From NCBI GenBank assembly GCA_965227515.1, contig CBDDFZ010000001.1, forward strand, positions 2,368,001-2,432,000: a stretch of DNA of 64,000 nucleotides, read 5' to 3'. The notes beneath the pieces were generated by a model. It searched no databases. It was not told the DNA's origin and saw nothing but the letters and a program-made list of their open reading frames with translations. A program made the position numbers and the translations under genes. Position 1 is the stretch's first letter; each line of letters begins with the position of its first letter. The stretch comes from Alphaproteobacteria bacterium (GTDB taxonomy: Bacteria; Pseudomonadota; Alphaproteobacteria; CALKHQ01). Positions 1 through 10,547 of this stretch are shown piece after piece.

Positions 1-107
1 AGCATGGCGCGCGCGGCGGCGCCGATGTTCTCGCCGAGCTGCGGCTCGACCAGCACCACCGCCGGCCCGCCCAGCCGCGGCTGCTTGGTGGAGTCAGTCC
101 CGGCCAT
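1..107 (-). CDS. trmJ: TrmJ/LasT-family SPOUT RNA methyltransferase, N-terminal part (runs off window start)
   Basis: Manual translation from ATG at 107: MAGTDSTKQPRLGGPAVVLVEPQLGENIGAAARAML; VLVEPQxxxNIGAAARAM is the TrmJ N-terminal signature. Confidence 0.85.
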   Translation of the reverse strand, partial: MAGTDSTKQPRLGGPAVVLVEPQLGENIGAAARAM

Positions 108-123
108 TTGCGGAGATCGGTCC

Positions 124-209
124 GTAGCCCGGGTGGAGCAAAGCGAAACCCGGGGACAGTCGTCGGTTATCGCACCAACCTGGGTTCCGTTGCACTCCAC
201 CCAGGCTAC
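124..209. repeat. GTAG-type REP doublet (inverted pair), copy 1
   Basis: GTAGCCCGGGTGGAGCAAAGCGAAACCCGGG ... CCTGGGTTCCGTTGCACTCCACCCAGGCTAC; related copies at 37142 and 55008. Confidence 0.85.
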
Positions 210-226
210 ATGCTGGGACGAGCGGC

Positions 227-1839
<1,613 letters not shown>

Positions 1840-1843
<4 letters not shown>

Positions 1844-2178
1844 GATCGGTTTCCTGGCGCAAGCATGGCCCGCGTCACCATCGGCAGGGCGCGCAGGCAG
1901 GCGAGCACATGGTCGGCCGCGGCGGGCGCCAGCCCATCGACGACCAGCTCCAGGCGCGCGCGGTCCGGCGTGTGCACCTCGAACAGGCAGCGCAATGGCG
2001 TCATGCCGCGCTTGGCGATCAGCTCGACGGCGCGCGGCAGCAGGCCCGGATCGGGCGCGCCGTCCAGCACGAAAGCGTGCACGTGGCCCGCCATTGCGGC
2101 GTTGTCGTCGCAGTCAGGTTGGAAAGCAGAGGCGGAAGGGTCAGCCGGTGAGCCCGGCTGCGGCTGTAGAGCGCTCAT
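1840..2178 (-). CDS. Small ACT-like domain protein, translationally coupled to cimA
   Basis: DPGLLPRAVELIAKRG..P motif; GGAG SD 6 nt before ATG 2178; ATGA overlap with cimA. Confidence 0.7.
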
Positions 2179-2184
2179 GGTCAT

Positions 2185-2318
2185 CTCCGTCGCGCATCGA
2201 TCGAACAGGCGGCACTGATCCCGGCCCCGTCGTGGGGACCGGGTCACTAATTCGCCGATCGATGGTCACAGAGACACGCATGGCGCGCCTTCTACGCCCA
2301 ATTGGGCGCGGGGGTCAA
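2185..2318 (-). promoter_or_regulatory. Putative sigma70 promoter plus structured leader (candidate attenuator) of ACT-cimA
   Basis: TTGACC(2318-2313)-N18-TAGAAG(2294-2289), ATG at predicted +1 (2281), hairpin 2216-2246, leader complementary to the downstream SD. Confidence 0.5.
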
Positions 2319-2334
2319 GATTGGCGTCGAGTTC

Positions 2335-2931
2335 CTAGAAAGAGGAGTTCGGCTGCTTCAGGAACTCGATCTCCTCCGGCGTGGACGCGCGGCCGAGGAT
2401 CTCGTTGCGGTGGGGGAAGCGGCCGAACCGTTCCACGATCTCCAGGTGGCGGCGCGCATAGTCGACGGAGTTGTCGGCGACTTCCTTGTCGGCCGGCCGG
2501 GCACAGGCGGCCTGGCGTTCGAACAGGCGCACGCACAGCCGCTGCAGGGCGACGTTCTCTGCGTGCATGAAAGGCATGTAGATGAAGCCCTTCTCGTCGT
2601 AGGTCAGGTGGGTGTCGACGCCGGCGTCCAGCGACCGCAGCGCCAGGTCCTGCGCCTCGTCGTCCAGGGCGTACATGCCGGGCGTGCCGCGCCGGCAGTT
2701 GCGGGTGAACTGGTCCATCACGATGATCAGCGCCAACGTGCCGCGCGGCGTGTCGCACCACCCCGCCAACGCACCCTCTGCGGCGCGGTCGATGGCGCCG
2801 CCGAAGCGCTGGCGAATGGTCTCGTCCACCTCGGGCTGGTGTTTCCACCACATCTCCAGATTGCGGCGCGGATAGTCGGCCGCCCCCAGATCGTCGAACC
2901 AGTAGCTGAGAACATCTTCGGGTGAGGTCAT
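2335..2931 (-). CDS. DUF924 family protein
   Basis: VLSYWF, LALIIVMDQFTRN, FIYMPFMHAE, RFGRFPHRNEILGR; start ATG 2931. Confidence 0.85.
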   Translation of the reverse strand: MTSPEDVLSYWFDDLGAADYPRRNLEMWWKHQPEVDETIRQRFGGAIDRAAEGALAGWCDTPRGTLALIIVMDQFTRNCRRGTPGMYALDDEAQDLALRSLDAGVDTHLTYDEKGFIYMPFMHAENVALQRLCVRLFERQAACARPADKEVADNSVDYARRHLEIVERFGRFPHRNEILGRASTPEEIEFLKQPNSSF

Positions 2932-3079
2932 CGCGCGCGCCGGCTTGGTGAGTGAGCCAGGCAACTTCGCCGGACGGGCGAACACCGTCAACCCGTGGCG
3001 GGCGGTGCGCGCGGGCTTGGCGAGCGCGGTGGCCTTTGGCTATTGTGCGCGGCTTGCGAGGCAAAGGGGATGGAAGGGC

Positions 3080-3469
3080 ATGGCGGACAATGTCGGTATC
3101 GTCATCGTCTCCCACTCCGCCAAGGTGGCGGAAGGCACGGCGGACATGGCGCGCCAGATGGTGGGGGACGAGGTGGCGTGCCACTGGTGCGGGGGCGACC
3201 CGTCGGGCGGGCTCGGCACCGATGTGGCGGTGATCAAAGAAACCATAGACGCCGCATGGAGCGATGCCGGGGTCGCCGTGTTCGTCGACCTGGGCGGGGC
3301 GGAGATGAACGCCGAGATGGCGATCCAGATGTTCGACGACGACAAGCAGGGCAAGATCGCGATCTGTCATGCACCGCTGGTGGAGGGGGCGGTCATCGGC
3401 GCCACCGAGGCATCGGGCGGCAGCACGCTGGACGAGGTGCGCCAGGCAGCCGAGGAGTACGAGTCATGA
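3080..3469 (+). CDS. dhaM: PTS-dependent dihydroxyacetone kinase phosphotransferase subunit (EIIA-Man-like)
   Basis: VGIVIVSHS, GGLGTD, VFVDLGGAEMN, APLVEGAV. Confidence 0.85.
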   Translation: MADNVGIVIVSHSAKVAEGTADMARQMVGDEVACHWCGGDPSGGLGTDVAVIKETIDAAWSDAGVAVFVDLGGAEMNAEMAIQMFDDDKQGKIAICHAPLVEGAVIGATEASGGSTLDEVRQAAEEYES

Positions 3470-3762
3470 GCGATGCAGCCACGGCGCAGACGGAAGTTGA
3501 GATCACCCACCATGTCGGCCTGCATGCCCGCCCTGCGGTCGCGTTCACCAAGCTCGCCAAGAAGTACGAGAGTGCGATCCGGCTGCGCGCGGTCGGCGCC
3601 GATGCCTGGACCGACGCCAAGAGCATCGCCAAGGTGATGGCGCTGAAGCTGCGCACCGGCACGGTGATGGAACTGGAAGCCGACGGCGCGGACGCCGAGG
3701 ACGCGGTCGCCGCGCTCGCCGATCTGGTGCGACGTGACTTCGATGAGGCCCAATCCGGATGA
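3466..3762 (+). CDS. ptsH: HPr phosphocarrier protein
   Basis: GLHARPA and DAKSI motifs; ATGA overlap with dhaM. Confidence 0.9.
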   Translation: MSDAATAQTEVEITHHVGLHARPAVAFTKLAKKYESAIRLRAVGADAWTDAKSIAKVMALKLRTGTVMELEADGADAEDAVAALADLVRRDFDEAQSG

Positions 3763-3774
3763 AGGCTGACGCCG

Positions 3775-5427
3775 ATGAGCGGTGAGGCGGGCATGCGGCT
3801 CGCCGGCATCGTCGCCTCGCCGGGGCTGGCCACCGGGCCCGCCGTGCTGCTCGATATCGCGCCGTCCGCCGCCGCCGAAGCCTGGGTGTCCGGCACGCCG
3901 GAGGAGGAGGCAAAGGCGCTGACCGACGCCATCGCGGCGGCCCAGGCCGACCTTGCCACGCTGCTCGAAGCCATGGACGAGGACGGTGCCGAGATCCTGG
4001 ACTTCCAGGTCGAGATGCTGGGCGATCCGTCGCTGAGCGAGGACGCGCTCGCCGCCATTGGCGCGGGTACCGACGCGCTGACCGCCTGGCGCGACGCGAT
4101 GGCGCCGCAGATCGCCGTGTTCGCCGAGGAGGAAGACGACTATTTCCGCGCCCGCGAGGCCGACATGGTCGACATGCGCGACCGGGTCGTGCGGCACTTG
4201 CTGGGCATCGCCGAGTTTACCGGCGAATTGCCGGCCGGCTCGATCGTCGTCGCCCATGATCTCACGCCTTCGACCTTCCTGCGCCACGACTGGGCGCGGC
4301 TGGGAGGGGTCGCTCTTGCGGAGGGCAGTGCCGCCGCCCACGTCGCCATGCTGGCACGGGCGCGTGACCTGGCGATGGTGGTGGGGCTGGGCGAGGGGCT
4401 GTTCGGCCTCAAGTCGGGCGACACGATCCTGCTCGACGCGGAGGAGGGTGCCTGCGTCATCGCCCCGGGCGGGGCCGACCTGACGGCCTTCCAGGATCGC
4501 ATGGCTGCCCGCGAGACGGCGGAGGCGACGGCGCGCGAGCGCATGTCCGAGCCCGCCGTCACGGCCGATGGCCATGCGGTTGCAGTGATGATCAATGTCG
4601 ACGACCCGGCGGAAGTGCCCGCCGATGCGCTGGACCACGCCGACGGTATCGGCCTGTTCCGCACCGAGTTCCTGTTCATCGGCAAACCGTCGCTGCCCGA
4701 CGAGGACACGCAGTATCATTGCTACGTCGACCTGCTGCGCCGTCTGGGCGGCCGGCCGCTGGTGGTTCGCACGGTCGATATCGGCGGCGACAAGCCGCTG
4801 CCGTCGCTGAAGATCCCGCCGGAGACCAATCCGTTCCTGGGCCTGCGCGGGCTCAGGCTCTGCCTCGCCGAGCCGGACCTGTTCCGCCCGCAGGTGCGCG
4901 CCCTGCTGCGCGCCGCCGTCGCCGGGCCGTGCAAGGTGATGCTGCCGATGGTGACAGTGCCGGACGAGGTCGATGCCGCGCGCGACATCTTCCGTGCCGA
5001 GCGGGCGGCGCTGTCGTCGGAAGGCGTTGCCGCGGAGATGCCGCAGCTTGGCATGATGGTGGAGGTGCCGGCCGCGGCCTTGACCCCGGAGCGGTTCGAC
5101 GTCGACTTCTACTCCATTGGCAGCAACGACCTGACCCAGTACGTGATGGCGGCCTCCCGCGATGCCTCTGGCCCGGTCGCGCGCCTGCTCGATGCCGGCG
5201 ACCCGGCAGTCCTCAAGCTCATCGCCAATGTGGTCGAGGCCGGGCGCACGCTTGGCCGAGACGTCTCGCTGTGCGGGGATGCCGGCAGCGACACCCGGCT
5301 GGTCGCGGCCCTGCTCGGCTGCGGCCTGCGCACGCTGTCGGTCGCGCCGGGCGCGCTGGCGCGGGTGAAGGCGGCTGTAGCAGAAATTAACCTGGCGGAA
5401 GGTGGGGGCGAGGCGGTTCCGTCGTGA
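3775..5427 (+). CDS. ptsI: PEP-protein phosphotransferase (Enzyme I)
   Basis: ASPGLATG, phospho-His in GSAAAHVAMLAR, GIGLFRTEFLF, DIGGDK, NPFLGLRG, SIGSNDLTQY, SLCG. Confidence 0.9.
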   Translation: MSGEAGMRLAGIVASPGLATGPAVLLDIAPSAAAEAWVSGTPEEEAKALTDAIAAAQADLATLLEAMDEDGAEILDFQVEMLGDPSLSEDALAAIGAGTDALTAWRDAMAPQIAVFAEEEDDYFRAREADMVDMRDRVVRHLLGIAEFTGELPAGSIVVAHDLTPSTFLRHDWARLGGVALAEGSAAAHVAMLARARDLAMVVGLGEGLFGLKSGDTILLDAEEGACVIAPGGADLTAFQDRMAARETAEATARERMSEPAVTADGHAVAVMINVDDPAEVPADALDHADGIGLFRTEFLFIGKPSLPDEDTQYHCYVDLLRRLGGRPLVVRTVDIGGDKPLPSLKIPPETNPFLGLRGLRLCLAEPDLFRPQVRALLRAAVAGPCKVMLPMVTVPDEVDAARDIFRAERAALSSEGVAAEMPQLGMMVEVPAAALTPERFDVDFYSIGSNDLTQYVMAASRDASGPVARLLDAGDPAVLKLIANVVEAGRTLGRDVSLCGDAGSDTRLVAALLGCGLRTLSVAPGALARVKAAVAEINLAEGGGEAVPS

Positions 5428-5996
5428 CCGCCGTCTGGTTCGTCACCCACCCCGAGGTGGTCGTCGATCCGGATCGCCCGGTGCCGCGCTGGCAGCTTTC
5501 CGACACGGGCATTGCCCGCATGCGCGCGTTCGCCGCGCGGGAGGACGTGCGGGCTGTCGGGACGGTGTGGGCGAGCACCGAGACCAAGGCGATCGAGGCC
5601 GCCGGGCTGCTGGCGGGCGCGTTGCGCCTGCCGGTTTCCGTCCATCCCGGCCTGGACGAGAACGACCGCAGCGCCACCGGCTTCGTGCCGCCGGCCGAGT
5701 TCGAACGGCTGGCCGATGCGTTCTTCGCCGAGCCCGACACCAGCGTGCAAGGGTGGGAACGCGCGGTGGACGCGCAACGTCGCGTGGTTGCGGCCTTCGA
5801 CCAGGTCGTCGCGCCCGGCAGCTCCGGCGACATCGCCATCGTCGGCCACGGCGGGGTTGGAACCCTGTTGCTCTGCCACCTCGCCGGCCTGCCGATCGCG
5901 CGTGAGCATGACCAGCCGTCCCAGGGCCATTTCTGGCGCTACGACACCGAGACCGGGCGGGTGCTGCATCGCTGGCGGCCTATCGCGCCAAGTTAG
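5424..5996 (+). CDS. Histidine phosphatase (PGM-like) family protein
   Basis: FVTHPEV, LSDTG, ENDRSATG, IVGHGG; GTG start overlaps the EI stop. Confidence 0.75.
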   Translation: MTAVWFVTHPEVVVDPDRPVPRWQLSDTGIARMRAFAAREDVRAVGTVWASTETKAIEAAGLLAGALRLPVSVHPGLDENDRSATGFVPPAEFERLADAFFAEPDTSVQGWERAVDAQRRVVAAFDQVVAPGSSGDIAIVGHGGVGTLLLCHLAGLPIAREHDQPSQGHFWRYDTETGRVLHRWRPIAPS

Positions 5997-6014
5997 GTCT
6001 CACAAATCCAGAGT

Positions 6015-6104
6015 CTATTTCGGTGACAGTTTACTAAATGCAGCCTGACACCCGACTGTTTTCCACCACGTCACATCGTATTTAGTAAACTGTCACCGAA
6101 ATAG
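6015..6104. repeat. MITE-like element with perfect 25-bp inverted repeats
   Basis: CTATTTCGGTGACAGTTTACTAAAT (6015-6039) / ATTTAGTAAACTGTCACCGAAATAG (6080-6104), 40-nt spacer. Confidence 0.8.
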
Positions 6105-6320
6105 TCTGTCATTGCCTCAGTTGCTTCGTTGCTTTGCGCCTGGCGACGACGGTCGTTTCGTTGGCTGCCGGCGTTGTCAGCGAAATACATCGTGCGCAAA
6201 ATTATATAAAATTATCCAGAAATTGAATAAAAACTTGAATAAAGACGTTTCATTTATTTGTAATATGTAAATATCCTGCGTGTCTAATCTGGATATTATT
6301 CGACGCGAAGGAGATGCGTG

Positions 6321-6497
6321 ATGTTTCCAGGTAAGGAAAGCGACGACAGGCAGCCGGCATGCTTGCGCACGATGGCGGCCAAGCTGGTCGATGACATGGG
6401 TGTCGACGCGGCGCTGCGCATGTGCCAGGCCAATCTTTGGTATGGCATCATCGCGGAGATCGAGGCGATGGGTGGCCGCGACCGGCTCGCGGCATAG
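6321..6497 (+). CDS. Small hypothetical protein (58 aa), absent from the ORF track
   Basis: AAGGAG SD; MFPGKESDDRQPACLRTMAAKLVDDMGVDAALRMCQANLWYGIIAEIEAMGGRDRLAA*; AT-rich upstream region. Confidence 0.65.
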   Translation: MFPGKESDDRQPACLRTMAAKLVDDMGVDAALRMCQANLWYGIIAEIEAMGGRDRLAA

Positions 6498-6515
6498 GAC
6501 TGCCGGGCGAGGGCG

Positions 6516-6869
6516 CTAGCCTTCGCCGAGGTACATCACGCTCAGCACCTCGCCGGCGATGTCGGTGTCGCACTGCCATGGCTCGGCAGCACCTTCCAGG
6601 CTGAGCGTCACCCGCCAGCCGGTCGGGATGCTGGTCGTACCCACATCGCTCACGCTTTCCAGCGGCACGTTTGCCTCGGCCGCCAGCGCATCGGCGCATC
6701 GATCCTCGGTACCCTGGGGCGATGCCTCATAGGCGGACAGCACGGTGACGTCCTGCAACCCGGTCTGTGCGGGTTGTTCCTCCGCCACGGAGCCGGGCTC
6801 GGATGACGCGCATCCGGCCGCCAAGGCGACAGAAATGACCGTACCGATAAGGGTCAGGGGCTTGTGCAT
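6516..6869 (-). CDS. Putative lipoprotein
   Basis: MHKPLTLIGTVISVALAAGC with lipobox-like AAGC; two further Cys. Confidence 0.7.
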   Translation of the reverse strand: MHKPLTLIGTVISVALAAGCASSEPGSVAEEQPAQTGLQDVTVLSAYEASPQGTEDRCADALAAEANVPLESVSDVGTTSIPTGWRVTLSLEGAAEPWQCDTDIAGEVLSVMYLGEG

Positions 6870-7213
6870 GCTGCGGCGCTCCAGTTTGCGCTTGCCGGCC
6901 TGATGTAGCCTTTCGCAAAAGATACACCGGCGGCATCCGGCCGAGCCGAACGCAAAGCCAAGGTTGGCCCCCCAACGTGTGAATGAATACGGCCTGCGGT
7001 TGCAGGCGGTCAAGTTGCAAGGAGGCATTCGGGCAAGGCTCGCAAGCTCGGTTCTTGGCCCGGTTGACCGGAAATCGCGGCAGCGGTGATCTGGTTCACA
7101 GGTGCAGGCCTCAAGCGCTCCCAAATCCAACTCATCGGCAGGGCAAACAGCCCGCAGCCACTTGGATCACCCCCTGGGGACATCTTCTTGGGGGGAAAAC
7201 GGGAGCAACCATC

Positions 7214-7543
7214 ATGTTCAAGACCATCCGGAATACCGCAGTCGCCACCATCGCCGCCGCCGGCGTGCTGGCCGCCGCCACCGCCGCCCAGGCCGCGTCG
7301 AACCTGTCCCTGGAAAACGCCAGCGGCATGGACATCCACTACGTTTACATCTCGCCGGACTATGCCGCCGACTGGGGCACCGACGTGCTGGGCAACGACA
7401 TCCTGCCGGCCGGCGGCGTCTATGAGCTGAGCTCCAACGGCGACCACTGCATCTACGACGTGCTGGTCGTCTGGGCCGACGGCTACGAGATGGACGGCTA
7501 CGGCTTCGACTTCTGCGCCAACGACACCCTCGTGATCGAGTAA
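7214..7543 (+). CDS. Small secreted acidic protein
   Basis: GGGAG SD, signal peptide ending AQA, mature LENASGMDIHYVYISP..WGTDVLG..C.YD..DFC. Confidence 0.75.
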   Translation: MFKTIRNTAVATIAAAGVLAAATAAQAASNLSLENASGMDIHYVYISPDYAADWGTDVLGNDILPAGGVYELSSNGDHCIYDVLVVWADGYEMDGYGFDFCANDTLVIE

Positions 7544-7601
7544 TGCGCTAGCGCAAGACACCAATATGACCGGGTGACCAACGCCGCAATCGCCCGGGCA
7601 T

Positions 7602-7633
7602 AAGCCCTCCCCCACGCACGCGGGGGAGGGCTT
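7602..7633. terminator. Hairpin, probable terminator
   Basis: AAGCCCTCCCCC-N8-GGGGGAGGGCTT after the 7543 stop. Confidence 0.6.
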
Positions 7634-7696
7634 CTCGCGTTTGGAACGCGTTGGTAAGCTCAGCAGCCAACACTCCTAGGGCGGGTCAACGATGCA

Positions 7697-8431
7697 ATGA
7701 CCGAGAATTCCAACGACGGTCGGCCGTTGGGCGAACGGAACTATCGGGACTTCGCCGACCGCTATGCCGAGGCGATCCCGACCAAGCCGCACAACGCCTA
7801 CTATGAGCGGCCGGCGACGCTGTCGCTGCTGCCCGACTTGGCCGGCAAGGACGTGCTGGACCTTGGCTGCGGTCCCGGCATCTATGCGGAAATCTTCGCC
7901 GATGCCGGCGCCCGGGTGACGGCGGTCGACGTGACCCCGCGCATGCTCGAAATCGCCAAGAAACGCCTGAAGGGCCGCGCCGTCGCGTTCCGCCTCGCCG
8001 ACCTGGCCGAGCCGCTGCCGTTCCCGGACGCCGGGTTCGATGTGGCGGTGGCCCCCCTGGTGCTGGACTACCTGGAGGACTGGTATGCGATCTTTCGCGA
8101 GATCGCGCGGGTGCTGCGGCCGGGCGGCACCTTCGTCTACTCAGCGGGGCACCCGATGTTCGACTGGAATCTCGTCGGCGGCGACAGCTACTTCACGCCA
8201 GCGACGTTCTCGTGGCCATGGGGCGGGTATGGCGAGCCCAAGCCGGTGATCACCGGCTGGCGCCGGTCGCTGCAGGACATGATCAATCCCATCGCCGCGG
8301 CGGGCCTTGTCCTGGACCGCCTGCTGGAGCCGCTACCGACCGAGGATTTCGCCAAGGCCGATCCCGAGGACCACGCCAAGCTGATGAAGGCGCCTGCCTT
8401 CCTGTGCGTGCGGGCGCGCAAGCCGGCCTGA
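7697..8431 (+). CDS. Class I SAM-dependent methyltransferase
   Basis: VLDLGCGPG, AVDVT, LPFPDAGFD, RVLRPGG. Confidence 0.9.
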   Translation: MTENSNDGRPLGERNYRDFADRYAEAIPTKPHNAYYERPATLSLLPDLAGKDVLDLGCGPGIYAEIFADAGARVTAVDVTPRMLEIAKKRLKGRAVAFRLADLAEPLPFPDAGFDVAVAPLVLDYLEDWYAIFREIARVLRPGGTFVYSAGHPMFDWNLVGGDSYFTPATFSWPWGGYGEPKPVITGWRRSLQDMINPIAAAGLVLDRLLEPLPTEDFAKADPEDHAKLMKAPAFLCVRARKPA

Positions 8432-8451
8432 ATCAGAACAGGAGACCCGCG

Positions 8452-9414
8452 ATGGATCGTGCGACCGTCACCGCCGCAGTCGTCCAGGCCGCGCCAGTTG
8501 TGTTCGACCGTGCGCGTACGCTCGACAAGCTCGCCGATCTGGCGGCCGACGCGGCGCGACAGGGCGCCGGTCTCGCGCTGTTTCCCGAGGCGTTCGTCTC
8601 CGCCTATCCGAACGGGCTGGACTTCGGCGCCCGCATCGGTTCGCGCACGCCGGAGGGGCGGGAGGATTTCCGCCGCTACCATGAGAGCGCGGTCGACATT
8701 CCGGGCCCGGCGCTCGACCGCATTTGCGATGCGGCGGCCAAGAACGCGATCCACCTGGTCGTCGGCGTCATCGAGCGCGATGGCGGCACGCTCTATTGCA
8801 CGGTGGTGTTCGCCGGCCCGGACGGGCGCTATCTCGGCAAGCACCGCAAGCTGATGCCGACGGCCCTGGAGCGCCTGGTGTGGGGGTTCGGCGACGGCTC
8901 GACATTGACGGCCGTGGACACGCCGCTGGGCCGGGTGGGATCGGTGATCTGCTGGGAAAACTACATGCCGCTGCTGCGCATGGCGATGTACGCCAAGGGC
9001 GTGCAGATCTATTGCGCGCCGACGGCGGACTCGCGCGACACCTGGCTGCCGACCATGCGCCACATCGCAGTGGAGGGGCGGTGCTTCGTGCTGTCGTGCT
9101 GCCAGTACCTGACCCGCGCCGACTGCCCCGACGACTATCGCGCTGACGTTTCCGGCCCGGACGCGGTGCTGATGCGCGGCGGCAGCACCATCATCTCGCC
9201 GTTCGGCGACGTGCTGGCCGAACCGTCATTCAGCGGCGAGACGATCATGACCGCGGAGCTGGACATGGCGCAGATCGCGCGTGGCAAGTACGACCTGGAC
9301 GTGGTCGGTCACTATGCCCGGCCCGATGTGTTCCGCCTGCACGTCAACGAGCGTCCGATGCCGCCGGTGGCGACCAGCAGTGGCGCGCCCGCCGATCCGT
9401 TCACCGATACATAG
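8452..9414 (+). CDS. Nitrilase (carbon-nitrogen hydrolase)
   Basis: Glu-Lys-Cys triad: FPEAF, HRKLMPT, ICWEN; DVVGHYARPDVF; AGGAG SD. Confidence 0.9.
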   Translation: MDRATVTAAVVQAAPVVFDRARTLDKLADLAADAARQGAGLALFPEAFVSAYPNGLDFGARIGSRTPEGREDFRRYHESAVDIPGPALDRICDAAAKNAIHLVVGVIERDGGTLYCTVVFAGPDGRYLGKHRKLMPTALERLVWGFGDGSTLTAVDTPLGRVGSVICWENYMPLLRMAMYAKGVQIYCAPTADSRDTWLPTMRHIAVEGRCFVLSCCQYLTRADCPDDYRADVSGPDAVLMRGGSTIISPFGDVLAEPSFSGETIMTAELDMAQIARGKYDLDVVGHYARPDVFRLHVNERPMPPVATSSGAPADPFTDT

Positions 9415-9601
9415 GACGCGCAAGAAGACCGGCCCAACTATTTCCAATTGCAATGAAACGCGTCTACCCCATGGCATCGAGCGTGGCTTTCAGCACGCTG
9501 GTCTTTATCGATGATACGCCTTTCCTCATCGTCATGGCTCTCAATCAAGAGATACCAACGGACACATCTGCTCGTGTCGGCCCAAGGACCTTTCGCCGCC
9601 G

Positions 9602-9970
9602 TCAGTCAACGAACGCCGAGATATGCCTTAGTTCAAGATTCAACCACACGATACCGTCACGAGGATTGTTGGTGTAATCAAGCGCCGCTGCAAATTGGCC
9701 GCGGCCATCTTCCAATAAGAGCGGCGGTGTTACATGCCATTCGCCCGGAAGGCGGCGGAGAAGATCGCTGAAGTAAGCGTCAATTTCGCTCGAGTTCGGA
9801 ATTTCATCTTGAAATACAATATCGTAGTGCCGCAGGTCTTCTGAAAAAGGCTCGCATACGGTGATTTCGGGCGTCAAGCGCAATGATGTCGTGAGTTGCT
9901 TCAATATCTGTAACGCCCGGTACGACTCCGTCGTATCCGCAATAAGGCGTCCGTTTAAGATATATGTCAT
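9602..9970 (-). CDS. Hypothetical protein in low-GC islet
   Basis: 122-aa ORF from ATG 9970 with atypical codon usage; no family recognised. Confidence 0.5.
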   Translation of the reverse strand: MTYILNGRLIADTTESYRALQILKQLTTSLRLTPEITVCEPFSEDLRHYDIVFQDEIPNSSEIDAYFSDLLRRLPGEWHVTPPLLLEDGRGQFAAALDYTNNPRDGIVWLNLELRHISAFVD

Positions 9971-10013
9971 GTCAAAGCAATTATTCTGTTCTGTTGCACA
10001 CGCCTGGAGAATC

Positions 10014-10547
10014 TTACCTCCAATCCCGTTGAAGATCATCAATGAGTCCGCCGTTCCACTCGCCCGCGACTTCGGGGTTTTCGCAGTAACCCCAAATGCC
10101 AGACCACCCCGTAATGTTTTGGTCAAATTGGAATATCACCCAGCCCCAATAAAGCGTATTGTGCTTTAACACCTCACATTCCACAGCGCTGGCATCCTCA
10201 TGCCAATAGCCATGCATCATGTACTGTTCAACTACTAGCTCCCCGCGTTGGTTATTAAAATATGTCACTGGTTGGGGACCCCAATTGATTTGGCCTTCCA
10301 AGTAGCCTGCATCGGGCGCTGCCAGAAAGTTTGAGTATGGCGGATACCGGCCAACACACCAGGCCATCCAATAGCCCTGAGCCCATCCATCACAGCGGAG
10401 TTCGATATCGCTGAAGCTGGAGCTGTAGAGTCCGTACTCCACCCGTTGCGCACTTGCCGGCAAATATAACCCCAACCATGCCACGCATGCCGGCAGAAAC
10501 ACCTTCGAGCATACCGAACCCGCAACAGTGAAGAATCTTGAAGTCAT
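10014..10547 (-). CDS. Putative secreted Trp/Tyr/Gly-rich hypothetical protein in low-GC islet
   Basis: Signal-like N-terminus ending ASA; GYW...C...YWG..F.F...WSGIWGYC...WNG pattern. Confidence 0.6.
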   Translation of the reverse strand: MTSRFFTVAGSVCSKVFLPACVAWLGLYLPASAQRVEYGLYSSSFSDIELRCDGWAQGYWMAWCVGRYPPYSNFLAAPDAGYLEGQINWGPQPVTYFNNQRGELVVEQYMMHGYWHEDASAVECEVLKHNTLYWGWVIFQFDQNITGWSGIWGYCENPEVAGEWNGGLIDDLQRDWR

